Source: Gekko japonicus (Eukaryota). Taken from it: a stretch of 64,000 bases of DNA. How positions within the stretch are numbered: position 1 is the first letter of the stretch; every line of letters starts with the position of its first letter. The position numbers were made by a program, and so were the translations under genes. The notes under the pieces are model-generated. The model did no database searches. It saw only the letters and a list, made by a program, of their open reading frames with translations, and was not told the origin of the DNA. The stretch lies in assembly GCF_001447785.1 (NCBI RefSeq), contig NW_015159726.1, forward strand, positions 211,988-275,987, in the 5' to 3' direction. Below, one piece after another: positions 35,334 to 48,281 of the stretch.

Positions 35334-35625
35334 AAGTGTCATCAAGTCACTTCTGACTTATGGAGACCCTCTGAATCAATGACCTCCAAAACAGCCTATC
35401 GTTAACAGCCTTCCTGAGGTCTTGCCAACTGAGGGCCATGGCTTCCTTTATTGGGTTGATCCATCTCATGTTGGGTCTTCCCCTTTTCCTGCTGCCTTCA
35501 AATTTTCTAGTGTTACTGTCATTTCCAGTGACTATTGTCTTCTCTTAATATCACCAAGGTACGATAGCTTCAGTTTAGTTATTTTAGCTTCTAGGGAGAG
35601 TCCAGGTTTGATTTGATCCAGTAAT
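35334..35625 (-). mobile_element. RTE-clade LINE 3' end
   Basis: LDQIKPGLSLEAKITKLKLSYLG; CCATAAGTCAGAAGTGACTTGATGAC tail. Confidence 0.8.
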
Positions 35626-35849
35626 ACTACTGTAAGGTGGCGTACAGTAATATGTAAGACATCAATGGTTAAAACCAAAATAAATAAGCCCCAAATACCC
35701 CCCCCAAGATGCCTTCTAGTCATGGCCCATCAAAAGCCCCAGCAAATAAGCAAAACTTAGGGATTTCCTCCCCTCTTCAAGGAGCCCATTCCATAAAGTG
35801 GGAGCCAAGATGGAAAAGTGCTGGGCTGTGGTTGATGCCAGATGGCCCA

Positions 35850-36470
35850 TTGCAGGTGGCAGCCTAAAGACCATAGCTGGCACACGAGAACATACAGGAG
35901 ACAGTCTGCTGCATGGGTCTTATGCACCGGAGGGCTTTAAAAGCACTTTAATTGAACTCAGAAACAAACTAGCAGCCAGTGCAGCTAGTTCAAAATGGAC
36001 ACCGTACACTCCTGTTGGCTAGCGCCTAACAGTAGTTGGGGTGCTATACTCTGGACCAGCTTCAGTTTCCAGGTTGTCTTCAAGGGAAGCCCTATGCAAA
36101 ACATGTTACAGTAGTCCAACCATGAGTTTAAATAATCATGGATCAGCATGGCCCAATTGGCTGAGTCTAAGAAAGGAGAGAGCTGGTGAATTGGACACAC
36201 CTGATAGGTGATTTTGGCTCCTTGAATGGGGAGCTTTTCAAATGGCAAAGCTGGGTCCATGAGCAGCCCCCAGCTGTTAACCTGCTCTGCAAAAGCTAAC
36301 TCTACTCCATCCAGGCCAAGCATTAACTCGGTCTCATCTGGATTCATCTTGTTCTGCCTTGGCCATCTGACCACAGCCTCAAAGCACCTATTTACACATC
36401 TGGAGGCTTGGATAATGAAATGCAGAAAAGGTGGTCGTCTGCATAAATGGATGATACCAAAGCCCAAAAC
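35850..36470 (-). mobile_element. L2-like LINE RT fragment
   Basis: MNPDETELM...SWLDYCN..GLPLKTTWKLKLVQ. Confidence 0.7.
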
Positions 36471-36477
36471 TCTAGAT

Positions 36478-36900
36478 CAGGGGTGTCAAACATGTGGCAC
36501 GGGGGGCAGATCAGGCCCTCGGAGGGCTTCTATCAGGCCCGCAGTGGAACTGACTGTCTCCTGCTGCTTCTTCCAGTTCTGCTGCTGCTGCGTCATTATA
36601 GGTTTGCAGCTTACAGATACATGCCTGGACAGCATACTCAGGATTGCAACAGCACAGACATTTTGAGGCAATAATTCAGAGCAAGAGGTGTCAGTTATCA
36701 GACACTGCTAAATAAACAAAATATTGCAAGAGTGCTAATGTTTTAAGCATGTTTTTAAGTTTAAAAAAACCCTTTGTGTCCTTTATGAAGTTTATATCTC
36801 CACTACCTGGCATTACATTTTATGACACACATAGCCCAACCCAACAAGGTCTCATTTATGTCAGATCTGGCCCTCATAACAAATGAGTTCGACACCCCTG
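36478..36900. mobile_element. hAT-Charlie-like MITE (inverted twin of 15228)
   Basis: TIRs; TSD CTCTAGAT/CTCCAGAT. Confidence 0.9.
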
Positions 36901-37200
36901 CTCCAGATGATCTAATTCAGCAGCTCACTGTGATACTCCACAGGACAAATCCCACCCAGTTAATTGTACTGCTCTGGTGAACGTTCTTTGTGCTCAATCA
37001 CACAGAAAACAGAGAAACCACCAAAAGGCTACTTGAGAGAATCAAAGGGGAGGGCCCTTGCTGACATTATTTACAGAATCCATCCTCTCTCATGGGTGTA
37101 TGAGGGGATCCTAACTAGGCACTACTGAGCTCCTTCCCTTAACAATGTACACTGCAATGCAAAATAAATAGAAGTCCACTGGAACCTAAAATTTATTCCA

Positions 37201-37240
37201 GCATAAGCTTTCATGAGTCAAAGCTCACTTCTCCAGATGC
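37201..37240 (-). ncRNA. minimal hammerhead motif in Penelope pLTR remnant
   Basis: GCAT-CTGGAGA-A-GTGAG..CTCAT-GAAA-GCTT-ATGC (A6>G). Confidence 0.6.
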
Positions 37241-37986
37241 TTTGTAGATAATATAATTTTCCATATTTTTGTAAGGAAAATCATAGAAGGGAAAAGGGAG
37301 GAGTTGAGGGCAGAAAGACCACTAGTGTGAATTCAGTCATATCTTTCAGATATGATTAGCTATGTAAGGGACTGTAAAAAATTAGGTTGTAATGCATAAC
37401 CAAAGTGGTCCGAGGTTCTAGCTTTTTCTCATGGGGTGCGGACAGAAAGAAGTGCAATGAGCCCCAGCTATTGCAGTGGATGGAAGAAGAAAAAACCACA
37501 AGCCCATGGAAGTCCTATAGATATGATATCCTTCACCTGGTTAAATACTAACTGTAATAACACTACTTGTTTAACCTTAAACTTTGTGCAAGTATTTCAC
37601 TTAGAAAACAATCTCTGCTCCACAAAATGACACATACGATTAGACACTTTGGGGTCTAATCCCCAAAGTGAATATATGAAATTGCCTGTTTACTCTGACC
37701 AACAGCAGTGTCCCAAGGTTTCAGGAGAGGATCTTCTTCTCAATTGTTACTTAAAATTTATTTTAACTGGGTATGTCAAGGACAGAACCTGTGATGGTCT
37801 GTGTGGAAAGCATCTAATTTAGAGAGGTCAGCCATGCTGTTCCAAAGCAAAATCCTGAAACAAAAGCCATGCAATGCCTTTTATTAAGACTAACCTACAA
37901 ATAGTACAAAATTGTATGTAAGCTTTCAAGGTCTCCAAGAATCTGCTGGATGCTTGGGGGGGGGGGTCTTATTAATAATAAAAATA

Positions 37987-38269
37987 AGAAGAAGAGGAGG
38001 AGATTGGATTTATATCCCGCCCTTCACTACCCAAAGGTGTCTCAGAGCGGCTTACAAACTCCTTTCCCTTCCCCTCCCCACAACAGACACCCTGGGAGGT
38101 AGGTGGGGCTGAGAGAGATCTTCATAGAAACTGCTCTTTTTCAAGAACACCTCTTATCAGAACTACGGCTTGCCCAAGGTCATCCAGCCAGGTGCAAGTG
38201 GAGGAGTGGTGAATCAAACCTGGTTCTCCCAGATTAGAGTCCATGCACTTAACCACTACACCAGACTGG
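37987..38269 (-). mobile_element. Squam3-type SINE
   Basis: Full head/core/tail. Confidence 0.85.
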
Positions 38270-38476
38270 TGTATTCACATGGCTTTGACCAGCCAAATGT
38301 TGGTGTGAATCCCAACATAAATCTTTCAGATGTGATTATCTGTGTAAGGAACTAGAACAGGTTCATCTGCAGCATGTAATACTATACAAGGTAGAGGATT
38401 ACATATGAATAATTAATACAGTTCATACAATTGCCTCATTTACACCAATCCAATGTAGACAGATTGCACATAATTG

Positions 38477-38482
38477 TTTATT
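38477..38482 (-). terminator. COMMD2: candidate COMMD2 poly(A) signal
   Basis: First minus-strand AATAAA seen downstream of the stop (~750 nt). Confidence 0.35.
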
Positions 38483-39225
38483 ACCTGCTCTAAAGACTGA
38501 CTCACGCAAGGCATTTTCTTCTACTTGAGCAGTCCCAACTTGTCCTGGCCATGCACTGCATGAATAACGTAGCGTATGTAAGAGTACATTCACACAGAAA
38601 GTTAACAATAACTCCTGCCACCATGTAGGCATTTTTTTCAGGTTCCCCATCTGAACGTTATGCTATCTGAGGACATCCACTGAACAGTTCAGGTGCAGGA
38701 GGTTGTGTGAACCAGAAAATCATGTTCCTTGTTTAACACAGCAATTTTCACCAGAGGCTGCTGTTACTTGCTTATAAACATCAGCGTCAACCAGCAATTA
38801 TGGAATGAGGAATGTTTCCTCCATATAATGGAGTAGCAGATTGCTCCAGGATTACCCAGAAATGGCAGGAAATGGTATTACTGTGTAAGTTTTTCTTGAT
38901 TCTTGTGGATCAGAAAAAAAGATAAGGGAAAACATTTTGGTCACTATGCCAATAAATAAAGTGCTGCAAAAGTGTTATGCAAAAGGCAGCTCCGCATAGT
39001 TAGAAAGACTCATGTGCTCAGCTAATTAATTTACATCTGGCTAAGGCAGATGACAATTACGCTAACTAGCATTAGATGGCATTATAACGATAACACCCAA
39101 GCAAGTTCAGCCTGTAAACACTGCCTCAAGATCCAGGTACAGGAAAGAGTTCTGACTGATCGAGATGCTTTGTTGTTTTGTGAATGGTGTTGTCCATAAC
39201 ACCATGTTTACTGAAGTGACAAACA

Positions 39226-39423
39226 CTATTTGATGTTACGAACTATTCGCCTACAATGATTTGTTTTCATTTCCCCCAAAGCCTGTTCCAGTTGCTGAAT
39301 CAGATGGAGCAGCGTAGCAGGATCAGTTTGTAATATTTTGGTAGTTTGGCTTCCATTCTGTTCAAGGTGCAGTTTTAAAGTCACAACCGGCTTAATCTGT
39401 TGCCTTAGACTTCTGCTGGCAAG
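39226..39423 (-). CDS. COMMD2: COMMD2 exon 5 (198 nt, stop TAG)
   Basis: ccaaacag|LASRSLRQQIKPVVTLKLHLEQNGSQTTKILQTDPATLLHLIQQLEQALGEMKTNHCRRIVRNIK*. Confidence 0.96.
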   Translation of the reverse strand, partial: LASRSLRQQIKPVVTLKLHLEQNGSQTTKILQTDPATLLHLIQQLEQALGEMKTNHCRRIVRNIK

Positions 39424-41024
39424 CTGTTTGGAGGCGTAAGTAAAAGGAGTTGTATTAAAAACAAAGACTTAAGAGAAACACAATAAAACAGAAATATGAA
39501 CAATTCAAGGCATACATGATTCAACAGTATTCATAGAAAAATATGCACCTGCTTCTCCATTTTATATTAATGCACAGTACTCATTGTTTATTCAAACATT
39601 TTGTATTATTGTTCCAAAATTTAAAGAGGCGTACAAAATAAAGTAAAAATATAAAACCACAGATAATAAAAAGACATCATCCACTAAACATCTGACATTG
39701 AATCTGTGATTCAAATTGATCAAGAAGCCAGATTTTAAGAGGCTGTGGATTTGCATTTTAGCTCCTGTTGATTGCTTTTTGGTAGTATATACATTTATAG
39801 ATACGTTTTAACTTATTGTAATCTGCAGGGCTTTTTTTGTAGAAAAAGCCCAGCCAGAAAACATTAGCATAATAGGCCACACCCAACAGCAGAAACTCAT
39901 TATAATATTAGGCCACACCCCAGACAGTGCAGTACATTAGCATATTAGGCCACACCCCATGCCTTCCCTTGGCTTGCCCGGGCGCCCCACAGCTGCGGGG
40001 AGCCCGGGCAATCCAGCCCTTGGGGGGAAGGGGAGGCAGTTTAAACTGCCTTCCCTTGGCTTGCCTCGGCAAGCCGGCCCTTGGACAGGCCAGGGGAGGC
40101 ATTTAAATGCCTTCCCAATCCTTCCAGGGCCCCCCTGGCCCGCCCACCTCAGAGTTGCCGGGGGGTGTCGCTCTCAAGGCCTTCCCTCTGTAGCCATACA
40201 CGCAGAGGTTTTGGCTGTAGTGGGCGTGGCCAACTCTGAAGCTAGCGGAACTCCGTTCCTGTGTTACATCCTTTGTGGGTGAAAGGCAGAGTAAAAGTGC
40301 CCTAGATATAAACCAAATCTCATCATCTGCTTCATTGTTGTAATTTCCATTATATAAATAGATATTTCCAGGTATCTTCTTTTGGTTGTGAGACTTAACT
40401 AACCAACCACTGGAAATGTTCATTTGTAGGCTCTTTCTGGTGTGGCAGAAACATAGTGAGATGGAAGAAAACAGTACAAAAACTCTCTATACCGTTGGTT
40501 GGCAACTGGAGGTTTACAATGAGAAGCGGGCAAGTCCTTCCCAGATCACCTTGGATTTCAGCTCAGTATAACTGAGCTTTGAGGATGAATTATCGAAAAG
40601 CTGGTTTCATTCTATCTGATATCTGAGTTCAGAACACCATGGCGCCCCTAATGATGCACCATTGGATTACAAGTATCCCTTTCCCCAAAACTCCCTGTCT
40701 CCTTTACAGCTCTGTCCTCCTGATGGGGAGAAGTGGGAGCAAGGAAGCAGTCAAGCAAAAGGAAAATTCTGAAGATGCACTGCAATTTTCTTCTCTCTTT
40801 TCTCTCCCTCAGTAGCTGGGATGGTCAACGTAAAAAGTAGCTGGTGATTTCTGGAAAATTTATGTTCCCAGAACACCAGACATCCCAGAATGCCTGACAC
40901 TAAAGCATTAATTTCCAAGAAGCTACTTGGGGCAAAGAGGAGAAGAGCAAGAAGAAACAGAGGGGTACTACAAGAATTTTCCTTCCCACTGAGCGCCTTC
41001 TGCCACTGTCAGTCACTACCCATC

Positions 41025-41510
41025 AGCAGGTTATATATTTTTAGATGGTATATAACTCCAAAGGACGTTGAGAAAGCAGATAAAAAGTACAAATGAAAAT
41101 GCTGGAAATGTCAAGATATAGATGGAACTTTCTTTCCTATGTGGTGGACTTGTAAAAAGCAAAACGATATTGGAAAGAAATATACTGAAAAATGCAGAAC
41201 ATAAATTTCCAATGGAAGCCAATTTGTTCTACCTAACAAATTAACAAACATTTTAAAAGTGACATTCAAATACATGGTGACAGTGGCTAGAACTATTTAC
41301 ACAGCAAAATGGAACCTAGATGTCTGTCCATGTTTAGAAGAATGGGAAAATAAGCTTGCTGAATGGCAAATGGCAAAATTAACAACCTATTTGAGAAAGT
41401 GGTCTATTATGAAATTTGAGGAGAGATGCAGCACACCATATATATGTGTATGGGTGAGGAATGGATGGATTAGACGTATCATGCTAGCAGAGAGAAACTT
41501 AAAGTGAGAA
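41025..41510 (+). mobile_element. old L1-clade LINE remnant
   Basis: FRWYITPKD..KCWKC..MWWTC degenerate ORF2 end. Confidence 0.6.
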
Positions 41511-41948
41511 AATATCATGTGCAAATGTGTGGTAATGAAGAAACAGAATTAAAATCTGTTTCAAATGTAATATCTCAAATACAAATGGGTTCTTGATATG
41601 AGATATATAGCAGACTTTCTTTTGCATCTTGAGATATTCTCTAATAAATATGCACGTGGTGAAAATATGTAATACTGAATATAGAGTAATGATGAAACTA
41701 ATGATGTAGTCAAGTTATGAAGTTTGAAACTTAAACTTAAATGCTGAATACAATCGTACCCAAACAGAAATAAGAACGATTGCATTTTATAGAATACCTT
41801 AAAAATTATAATGGAGGGGATGTAAGGGAAAATACTTTGTTTTATACATTTTGTACTACATGATTGTCTTTGACAAATGCAATTATATTGTATAATCCCT
41901 TTTTCTTTATTTCCCTTTTCTTTTCTTTCCCCACTGTCTTTCTAAATA

Positions 41949-41997
41949 TAACAACAACAACAACAACAACAACAACAATAATAATAATAATAATAAT
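41949..41997. repeat. (AAC)n(AAT)n microsatellite
   Basis: Direct reading. Confidence 0.9.
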
Positions 41998-43190
41998 GAC
42001 ATATACACTTGGGTGGGGCAGAAATGTAAAGGAGGGGAAGGGGGAATTTTTTTCTAGCTTAGATTTACGTATCAGGGCAGAGAGGAATTTAGCTGCTTAT
42101 CTCACTTTGAAGACAGAAACACTGAACTCCTTAAGCTTGTACTCCAAGCCACAGGTGTACAAACTGTATCAGCCTCTCTACTTATGACTGATTGAGATGC
42201 TTCGTTGTTTTGTGAATGGTGCTGTCCATAACTACATCATGTTTACTGACACCCTAAGGAAGACTATGAGCTGACCAACTGATTACAAAAAGGGACTTGC
42301 TCATCTGTTGTGACCCGTAGCTCACTGTTTCGACAGCTACAACTGTCATAGCTTCATAACTGGCTCCATGCTACTATGAGGCCTATTACAGGAAGTAGGA
42401 TGGAAAGAAGACTGGAAGGAAATCATAATGCCTTATTTAGAAAAAACTGTCATGCTGGCAAGGAACTGCTTGTGACACAAAAGCTGTGGCTCTTGGAGTG
42501 CATTTTCTCCCAGCACACAATTATATATGTGTATGGGTGATGTAAGGATACATACTTGGCTCTAGAATAGACTGCTGAACAGTTTTAGTCACCAGTCCTT
42601 TATTTTTCATGGTTGAATTAAAAACTAGACTGCAAGTTGGCCCTTTTGTTTGCTCTTATTACAACCAATCTTATTTCTTAATTTGGTTTCTGAATGTTTA
42701 TTATGCCATGTTTTCGGCAGTAACTTATTAGGCGCTCTTATATGCTTTCTGAAAGTTAGTTTTGAATGAAGCATGTCAGCAGTGACAAATGACTGACTGA
42801 CTCAAAGGAGATGTGGTAGTTCCAGTAGAACACGAGACAGCAGTTCCAATAGCACCAGATGGCTGTTGTACTGATAGAGCTCGTATGGAGACAGGGATGG
42901 AAAATTCACAAGGGGGTGGGTGGATTAAAAAGAACTCCTTACAAATGGAGCCAATTTCAAACACAGACAAGCCTGCACTAAGTGTGCTCTGAACTGGCAA
43001 GTCACATGACAACCAACTAAGCTGCTCACTTTTCTAAGTGCTCTTTTACAGATAATCATATGCAAAAATCTGCATGAGCAACAATACCGCTGCCTCAATC
43101 ATTTTGAAGCTGCAACCTTTAACTTGGACTGCATTGTGACAAAGCTAACTAAAAGAAGCTTGTGAATATTTACTAAGGAGGTAGACTTAC

Positions 43191-43364
43191 CTGTACATCT
43201 AGACGCCATTCAAGACTGTGATAACTGGGAAGCTTTGGTGCCAGCTCACTCAGAACACTTCTGATCTCCTTTCTGTTGTCAAGATACAGCTGAAGTAGTA
43301 AGGCATTCAGTTCTTCAGGGAATCCCAGTATAAGTACAGTGTCTTGGAAATCTATCTCAGAAAT
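43191..43364 (-). CDS. COMMD2: COMMD2 exon 4 (174 nt)
   Basis: tttctag|ISEIDFQDTVLILGFPEELNALLLQLYLDNRKEIRSVLSELAPKLPSYHSLEWRLDVQ|gtaagt. Confidence 0.96.
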
Positions 43365-43584
43365 CTAGAAATTAATGACAAGCAATGTTAGTTGCATTAA
43401 TGGTATTTTTCTTATAACCTCTGTGTCACTAGCTTTGGCTTACTGTAAATTATGCATGAATGACAGGAAACATTGAGTTACTGAACTGGATCCATCCAGG
43501 GTTTTTTTCACTCAACCCCACCCAATTCCCCTTCCTCCTACTGCCCCCATTTCCAAATGGCTTTTGTCCATCCAGATGCAATGA

Positions 43585-43730
43585 TCTTCATCCCTGGCAT
43601 CTCCAGGTAAAAGGATCACGTAGTAGGTGACGTGAAAGGCCTCTGCCTGAGACCCTGGAAAGCCAATTCCAATCTTAGTATTGACCTTGATGGACCAATG
43701 GTCTGGTTCAGTATAGGGCAGCTTCATGCA
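43585..43730 (+). mobile_element. tRNA-type SINE body/tail (Squam2-like); decayed relatives near 21400, 27650, 37680
   Basis: GACCTTGATGGACCAATGGTCTGGTTCAGTATAGGGCAGCTTCATG tail. Confidence 0.55.
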
Positions 43731-44324
43731 TGCTTATTTGTATTCAAAATGGCTGCATCAGAGGGCAGATTCTATGACATTGCATTTCCATCATGGCTTT
43801 TTGGTGGTCAAGAGACCCTCCTTCCTTTTCCACCAGATGAAAAGTTGGTTGAATCCAGCCTACTGGCTGCAAGATACTAACACTAAATGGCAAAAGGAGT
43901 TCTAGAGACTGGACTAGACCTCTGCAAACAGGATGCATTATCAGTTTGCAGCAAGTATTATGCTGTTGCCAACGGCATAGTTTCAATTAATGAAATACCT
44001 TTCTTCATTCTGTTTGCACTCTGTATCATGCCGAATATGCTATGCTTATTAAAATGTCTATAATCCCAGTACACAGTTATTACAGATCTCTTCATATTGA
44101 TTGTCTTGATGTACATTGTGTAATCCATTTTGAGTTTCGGTGAGAAAGGCAGATTATAAATACAGTAAATAAATATATAACCAAGGGCACTCTCTTGACT
44201 ATTTTAGTCAGGTGTCTAGACCATCGCAATGCAGACAGAGAGAGTAATAGTAACCCTAGCAGTAAGCTTGCTAAATGAGCAGGAAAATATTATTCCAGCT
44301 TGCTCAGCTTACTTACCTCAATAT

Positions 44325-44600
44325 AAAAGAGCAAGAGTCCAGTAGCACGTTAAAGACTAACAAAATATATGGCAGGGTATGAGCTTTTGAGTCACTGCTC
44401 ACTTCAGATACGGCTAGAGTGGGAGTCCATCTGTCCTATTTATTGGAAAGTGGAGCGATTTCAGATGCCGAATGTCATTAGCAGGCAAATGACAATAGCA
44501 GGCATGACTGGATTTAGGTGTGATATGCAGAGGGGTAATAGGTGTGGAGAAATCAGCATTGGTAATGAGACAGGAAACTTAGGTCTCGATTCCATCCAAG
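44325..44600 (-). mobile_element. Penelope pLTR remnant with deleted hammerhead (44377-44411)
   Basis: GTATCTGAAGTGAGCAGTGACTCAAAAGCTCATACC..TTGTTAGTCTTTAACGTGCTACTGGACTC. Confidence 0.65.
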
Positions 44601-44968
44601 TGGATGCCTCATTGTAGCCCACCTTTCTCACCAAGAGGGACTAAAAAAGCCTTACATCATTCTCCTTTCTGGCATTTTATCTCACAACAGCCTTCTGAAG
44701 TTGGTTTGGCTGCACAGGTGTGTGGCTGGTCCAAGATCACCCAAAAAACTTGACCTGCAGATATCATCCAGTAACACTTTCCACAGCAGTATTTTGCTTA
44801 AGAGTCTGTTAACAGCATAGAATAAAGGCCAGGAAAAAGTGAGCAACTACATGGTGGCTACAGCAAAACACAGAGATCTGTAGTCTAATTTCTTTTAGCT
44901 GAGCTTGAGATCATTTGGTAGAAGCAAAACCATGTGCATTTTGCTACACTGCACTGAGTGACTCTTAC

Positions 44969-45051
44969 CATGAGTTTTGAGCTCTCTGTGAGAAGATATG
45001 TTAATCCCTCTACTCCATGCTGAATTGTCTCACTACTAACATTAAGTTTCC
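44969..45051 (-). CDS. COMMD2: COMMD2 exon 3 (83 nt)
   Basis: ttccag|(R)KLNVSSETIQHGVEGLTYLLTESSKLM|gtaaga. Confidence 0.96.
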
Positions 45052-45721
45052 CTGGAAAAAAAGAATCGGAAAGGTTACGACGTTTGAATCAGCTACAGGA
45101 GGGACTGGTCCATTAGCATATACAGAACAAGAAATAGCTAATCAAAACTGTTTCAGTTGCAAACCCAAGTACACTTAAACTAGAAGCAAGCCCCAATGAA
45201 CTAAACACATGATTGTACTGTTAGCATATCGTTAAGCACATGTAAATGATTATCTATAATGGAAAACAGAGGCAGAATGAAGCCTACAGACCCAGAGATG
45301 ATTCAGACTTCCATCTGGCAATATTCTACTTGTGCACACAAAGAGCCAAACTATTTTTTTAGAGGAGGAAGAAGGTGGTGGTGGTGGAGGAATTGTTTAC
45401 GCCTTGGCCTTTACACTGTTTTCCGGAGGAGAACTGCTTCCCATCCCCAGCATTCAGATTCCCCGTAGGAGACATTGAAGGTGGAAGTGGGAGAAAACGT
45501 TAGTGTTGCTCTGATCGGCTTTGCCTCCTCTATAGTGGTGATCCCCAACACGGCACCCACAAGGGACACTGATGCCCGCTAATGTGTCCCCTGGGGCCAA
45601 CATACTTCTTTCCCAAAGCAAAGGAAAAAATCCTAGTTTTTTCTATCTCATTGGAACAGGAGGTGCTTCAGAAGAGCCGACAAAGCACCACCACTGTTTC
45701 TGTAGGGAGCATCCATTCAAA

Positions 45722-45992
45722 AAGAAGAAGAGATTGGATTTATACGCTGCCCTTCCCTCGGAGTCTCAGAGCAGCTTACAAACTCCTTTCCCTTCCCCTC
45801 CCCACAACAGACACACTGTGAGGTAGGTGGGGCTGAGAGAGCCCTTTCAACATCTGCCCTTTCAATGACAGCTCTTGTCAGAACTATGGCTTGCCCAACG
45901 TCATCCAGCAGCTGCAAGTGGAGGAGTGGGGAATCAAACCCGGTTCTCCCTGATTAGAGTCTGCCCACCTAACCACTACACCAAACTGACTC
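45722..45992 (-). mobile_element. Squam3-type SINE
   Basis: Full head/core/tail. Confidence 0.85.
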
Positions 45993-46992
45993 CTCATAGG
46001 AGATTCTTCTTTTGGAATCTCCTACATTTGTGACTGGCCCCAGTGGCTGCTGTTCTGTGGGACAGCCATGTCTTTCCCCCAGTAGCCATTCTGTGGCATC
46101 ACCCACTACTTGTTCCCAAAGTTTAATATGGTCCACACGTTGGGGGGCACTACAGCTCCTTACACAAGGGGGAAAAGCCACAAATCCCCCAGATAACGCA
46201 CAATTTGGTGTTGGAATCAATGGAAGGTTGGGGCAGTAATAAAAATTGTTTTGTTTCTTAGACATAGCTCAGCAAAGACTGTTTCATAACTTGGCAATTC
46301 TTTGGAATCAGAAAAACAACAGGCATCACCATAATAAATAAATGGGGAAGAAATGGCTAACGGTTTTAATTTGCATATCCTAATCATATTATATTGTTTT
46401 TTGGATGCCCCATCCTACTGACTGCATTGACTTACACTGTGTAATCTGCCTTGAGTCTCAGTGAGAAAGGGAAACTATAAATAACACAAATTTACAAAAA
46501 TAAAAATAAATTAAAAAGCCAATCTTGTATTCCTTATTTTATACATGTACACACCGAGAGGGTTTCAGGATCAAGCTTTGTTCTGAATTTTGTTAAACAT
46601 CTTTACTCCTTTAAGTATAGAAGTAGAAATAAAATATTTTCCGAAAAGTGTAAGAGATGTGGAAACAGGCAAGACATTTAAAAAGAAGAAGAAATAATGG
46701 TCAACTGTTCGAGCTGTCTGGTGTGGGTTTTTTGGCACATAAAAAGTTTTTTTTTGCTCCAAAGACATTTAAATAATTTATTTTGATGTTCTGTAACACA
46801 GAAAAAAATACAGTTTGAGTCCAGAGGCACCTTTAAGACCAAGAAAGTTTTAATTCTGGGTATAAGCTTTCATGTGCATACCAAGGTACTGGGTATAAGC
46901 TTTCATGTGCATACCAAGGTACTGACTTAACCAATATCATAATTGCTTTTAACTGCCACAAGTAATTTTGATAACATTCCTTTTATTCTTAC

Positions 46993-47070
46993 TTGCTGCT
47001 CCTTCATAGATTTTTGGGTTTGTGCCTTTCCTTAAGAACCCCATTGCAATCCGCCCAAATTCGCTGACAA
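46993..47070 (-). CDS. COMMD2: COMMD2 exon 2 (78 nt)
   Basis: cctgcag|(V)VSEFGRIAMGFLRKGTNPKIYEGAA|gtaaga. Confidence 0.96.
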
Positions 47071-48214
47071 CTGCAGGAAAAAAACAAACAAAAAACAAAA
47101 ACAAAAAGAAGAAATCATTGGGAGAGCTCAGTGACTAAATTATGGTTTGGTCACAGGACTTGCTCAGAAGCCACACAAAGAGCACCAGAACACTCAACAT
47201 GAAGTTTAGAATTCCAGAATAACTGTAAGGGAGTTTCAGCAGTGCACATATTCTGCTCCAGCAAAGGACTATCAGAAAGCCACAACACATTAATATGACC
47301 ACTATCACTACTACACAGCTTAATTTTATGGATAGTTTTCACGTTGATTGATAATCCAGTTTCCATAGGCCAAACACTGGCTGCTATGAATCCTTTTTTA
47401 AGTAGTGGCATACATTAGGTTGCACAATAAGTAATAAATATACACAGGAGCTCCCTGCACAATTGCTTTCCACTAGCATAAATCTGCATATGGTTTACAC
47501 ACACTTGGATTACTGGCAACTGTTCACCACTATCGTTTCTTTTTCTGTAAGGCAGCCTTTTCGTTCCAAAAAATATTTGTCCATCATTCTCTTCACATAC
47601 TGGTTATTCTAGCATCCTATCTACATGTCCAAGGCACCTTAAATATTTAATGTTTTTTAAGAGACTTATTTAGTTCTGTACTAATCAAGTTCGCAATCAT
47701 AAATTGTAGACCCCTGCTACTTTATATTAATAGCACCTTGCAAACAGAAAGTTAAAGCAAGCAAAGAGGGGGCATAGAACCTTTCAGCCTATTGTGGTAC
47801 TTTTCTGCTTGCACAGGTTGTTGGTTTTCCTCCACTTAGTGTGAAGAAACATCTCAAGCTGAAGCGGTCCACCTCAGTCTGAAGTGCATCTTACCTTGTT
47901 AGGGTTCCTCCTTCACCTCCTCCTCCTACACGTGCGAACCCAAACTAAGCTTGCCACCACCCCACACACAGAAATCCTCCTCCTCTTTCTAACAGCTGAA
48001 TGTCATGAGGAAGTTTATACTGGGCCTTTCCCTATTTCAGAGGGAAAGTTATACCAGCACAGGAGCCCTGCGAACTAGGGACGGCCCAGCCGAAGTATTT
48101 CATAGATCTTCAGCAGGTTCGGGTCTATCACAGGATATAACTGTATCGCTGTATTTCTGCATAGCGGCTCCCTGGCGAGTAGGGCTCGGGGCACAGAAGG
48201 ACAGTAGCAAATAC

Positions 48215-48281
48215 CTGAGCTCTCCACCTGGGTAAGGAAGGCCAGGTGCTCCTTGTGCTCCTCCGAAAGTACCAGCAACAT
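48215..48281 (-). CDS. COMMD2: COMMD2 exon 1 (67 nt coding)
   Basis: MLLVLSEEHKEHLAFLTQVESS, donor CAG|GTATTT; exons sum to 600 nt = 199 aa + stop. Confidence 0.96.

Noticed and set aside
38802-38814. Tandem TEAD double site GGAATGAGGAATG
   Set aside because: 1-nt spacing rather than the 3-nt cooperative spacing; no other support
42185-42249. SECIS or snoRNA in the duplicated UTR segment
   Set aside because: No properly spaced SECIS quartet or C/D or H/ACA boxes with terminal stem
47885-47900. Strong minus-strand donor AAG|GTAAGA in COMMD2 intron 1
   Set aside because: The five exons already give a full-length protein; no convincing partner acceptor
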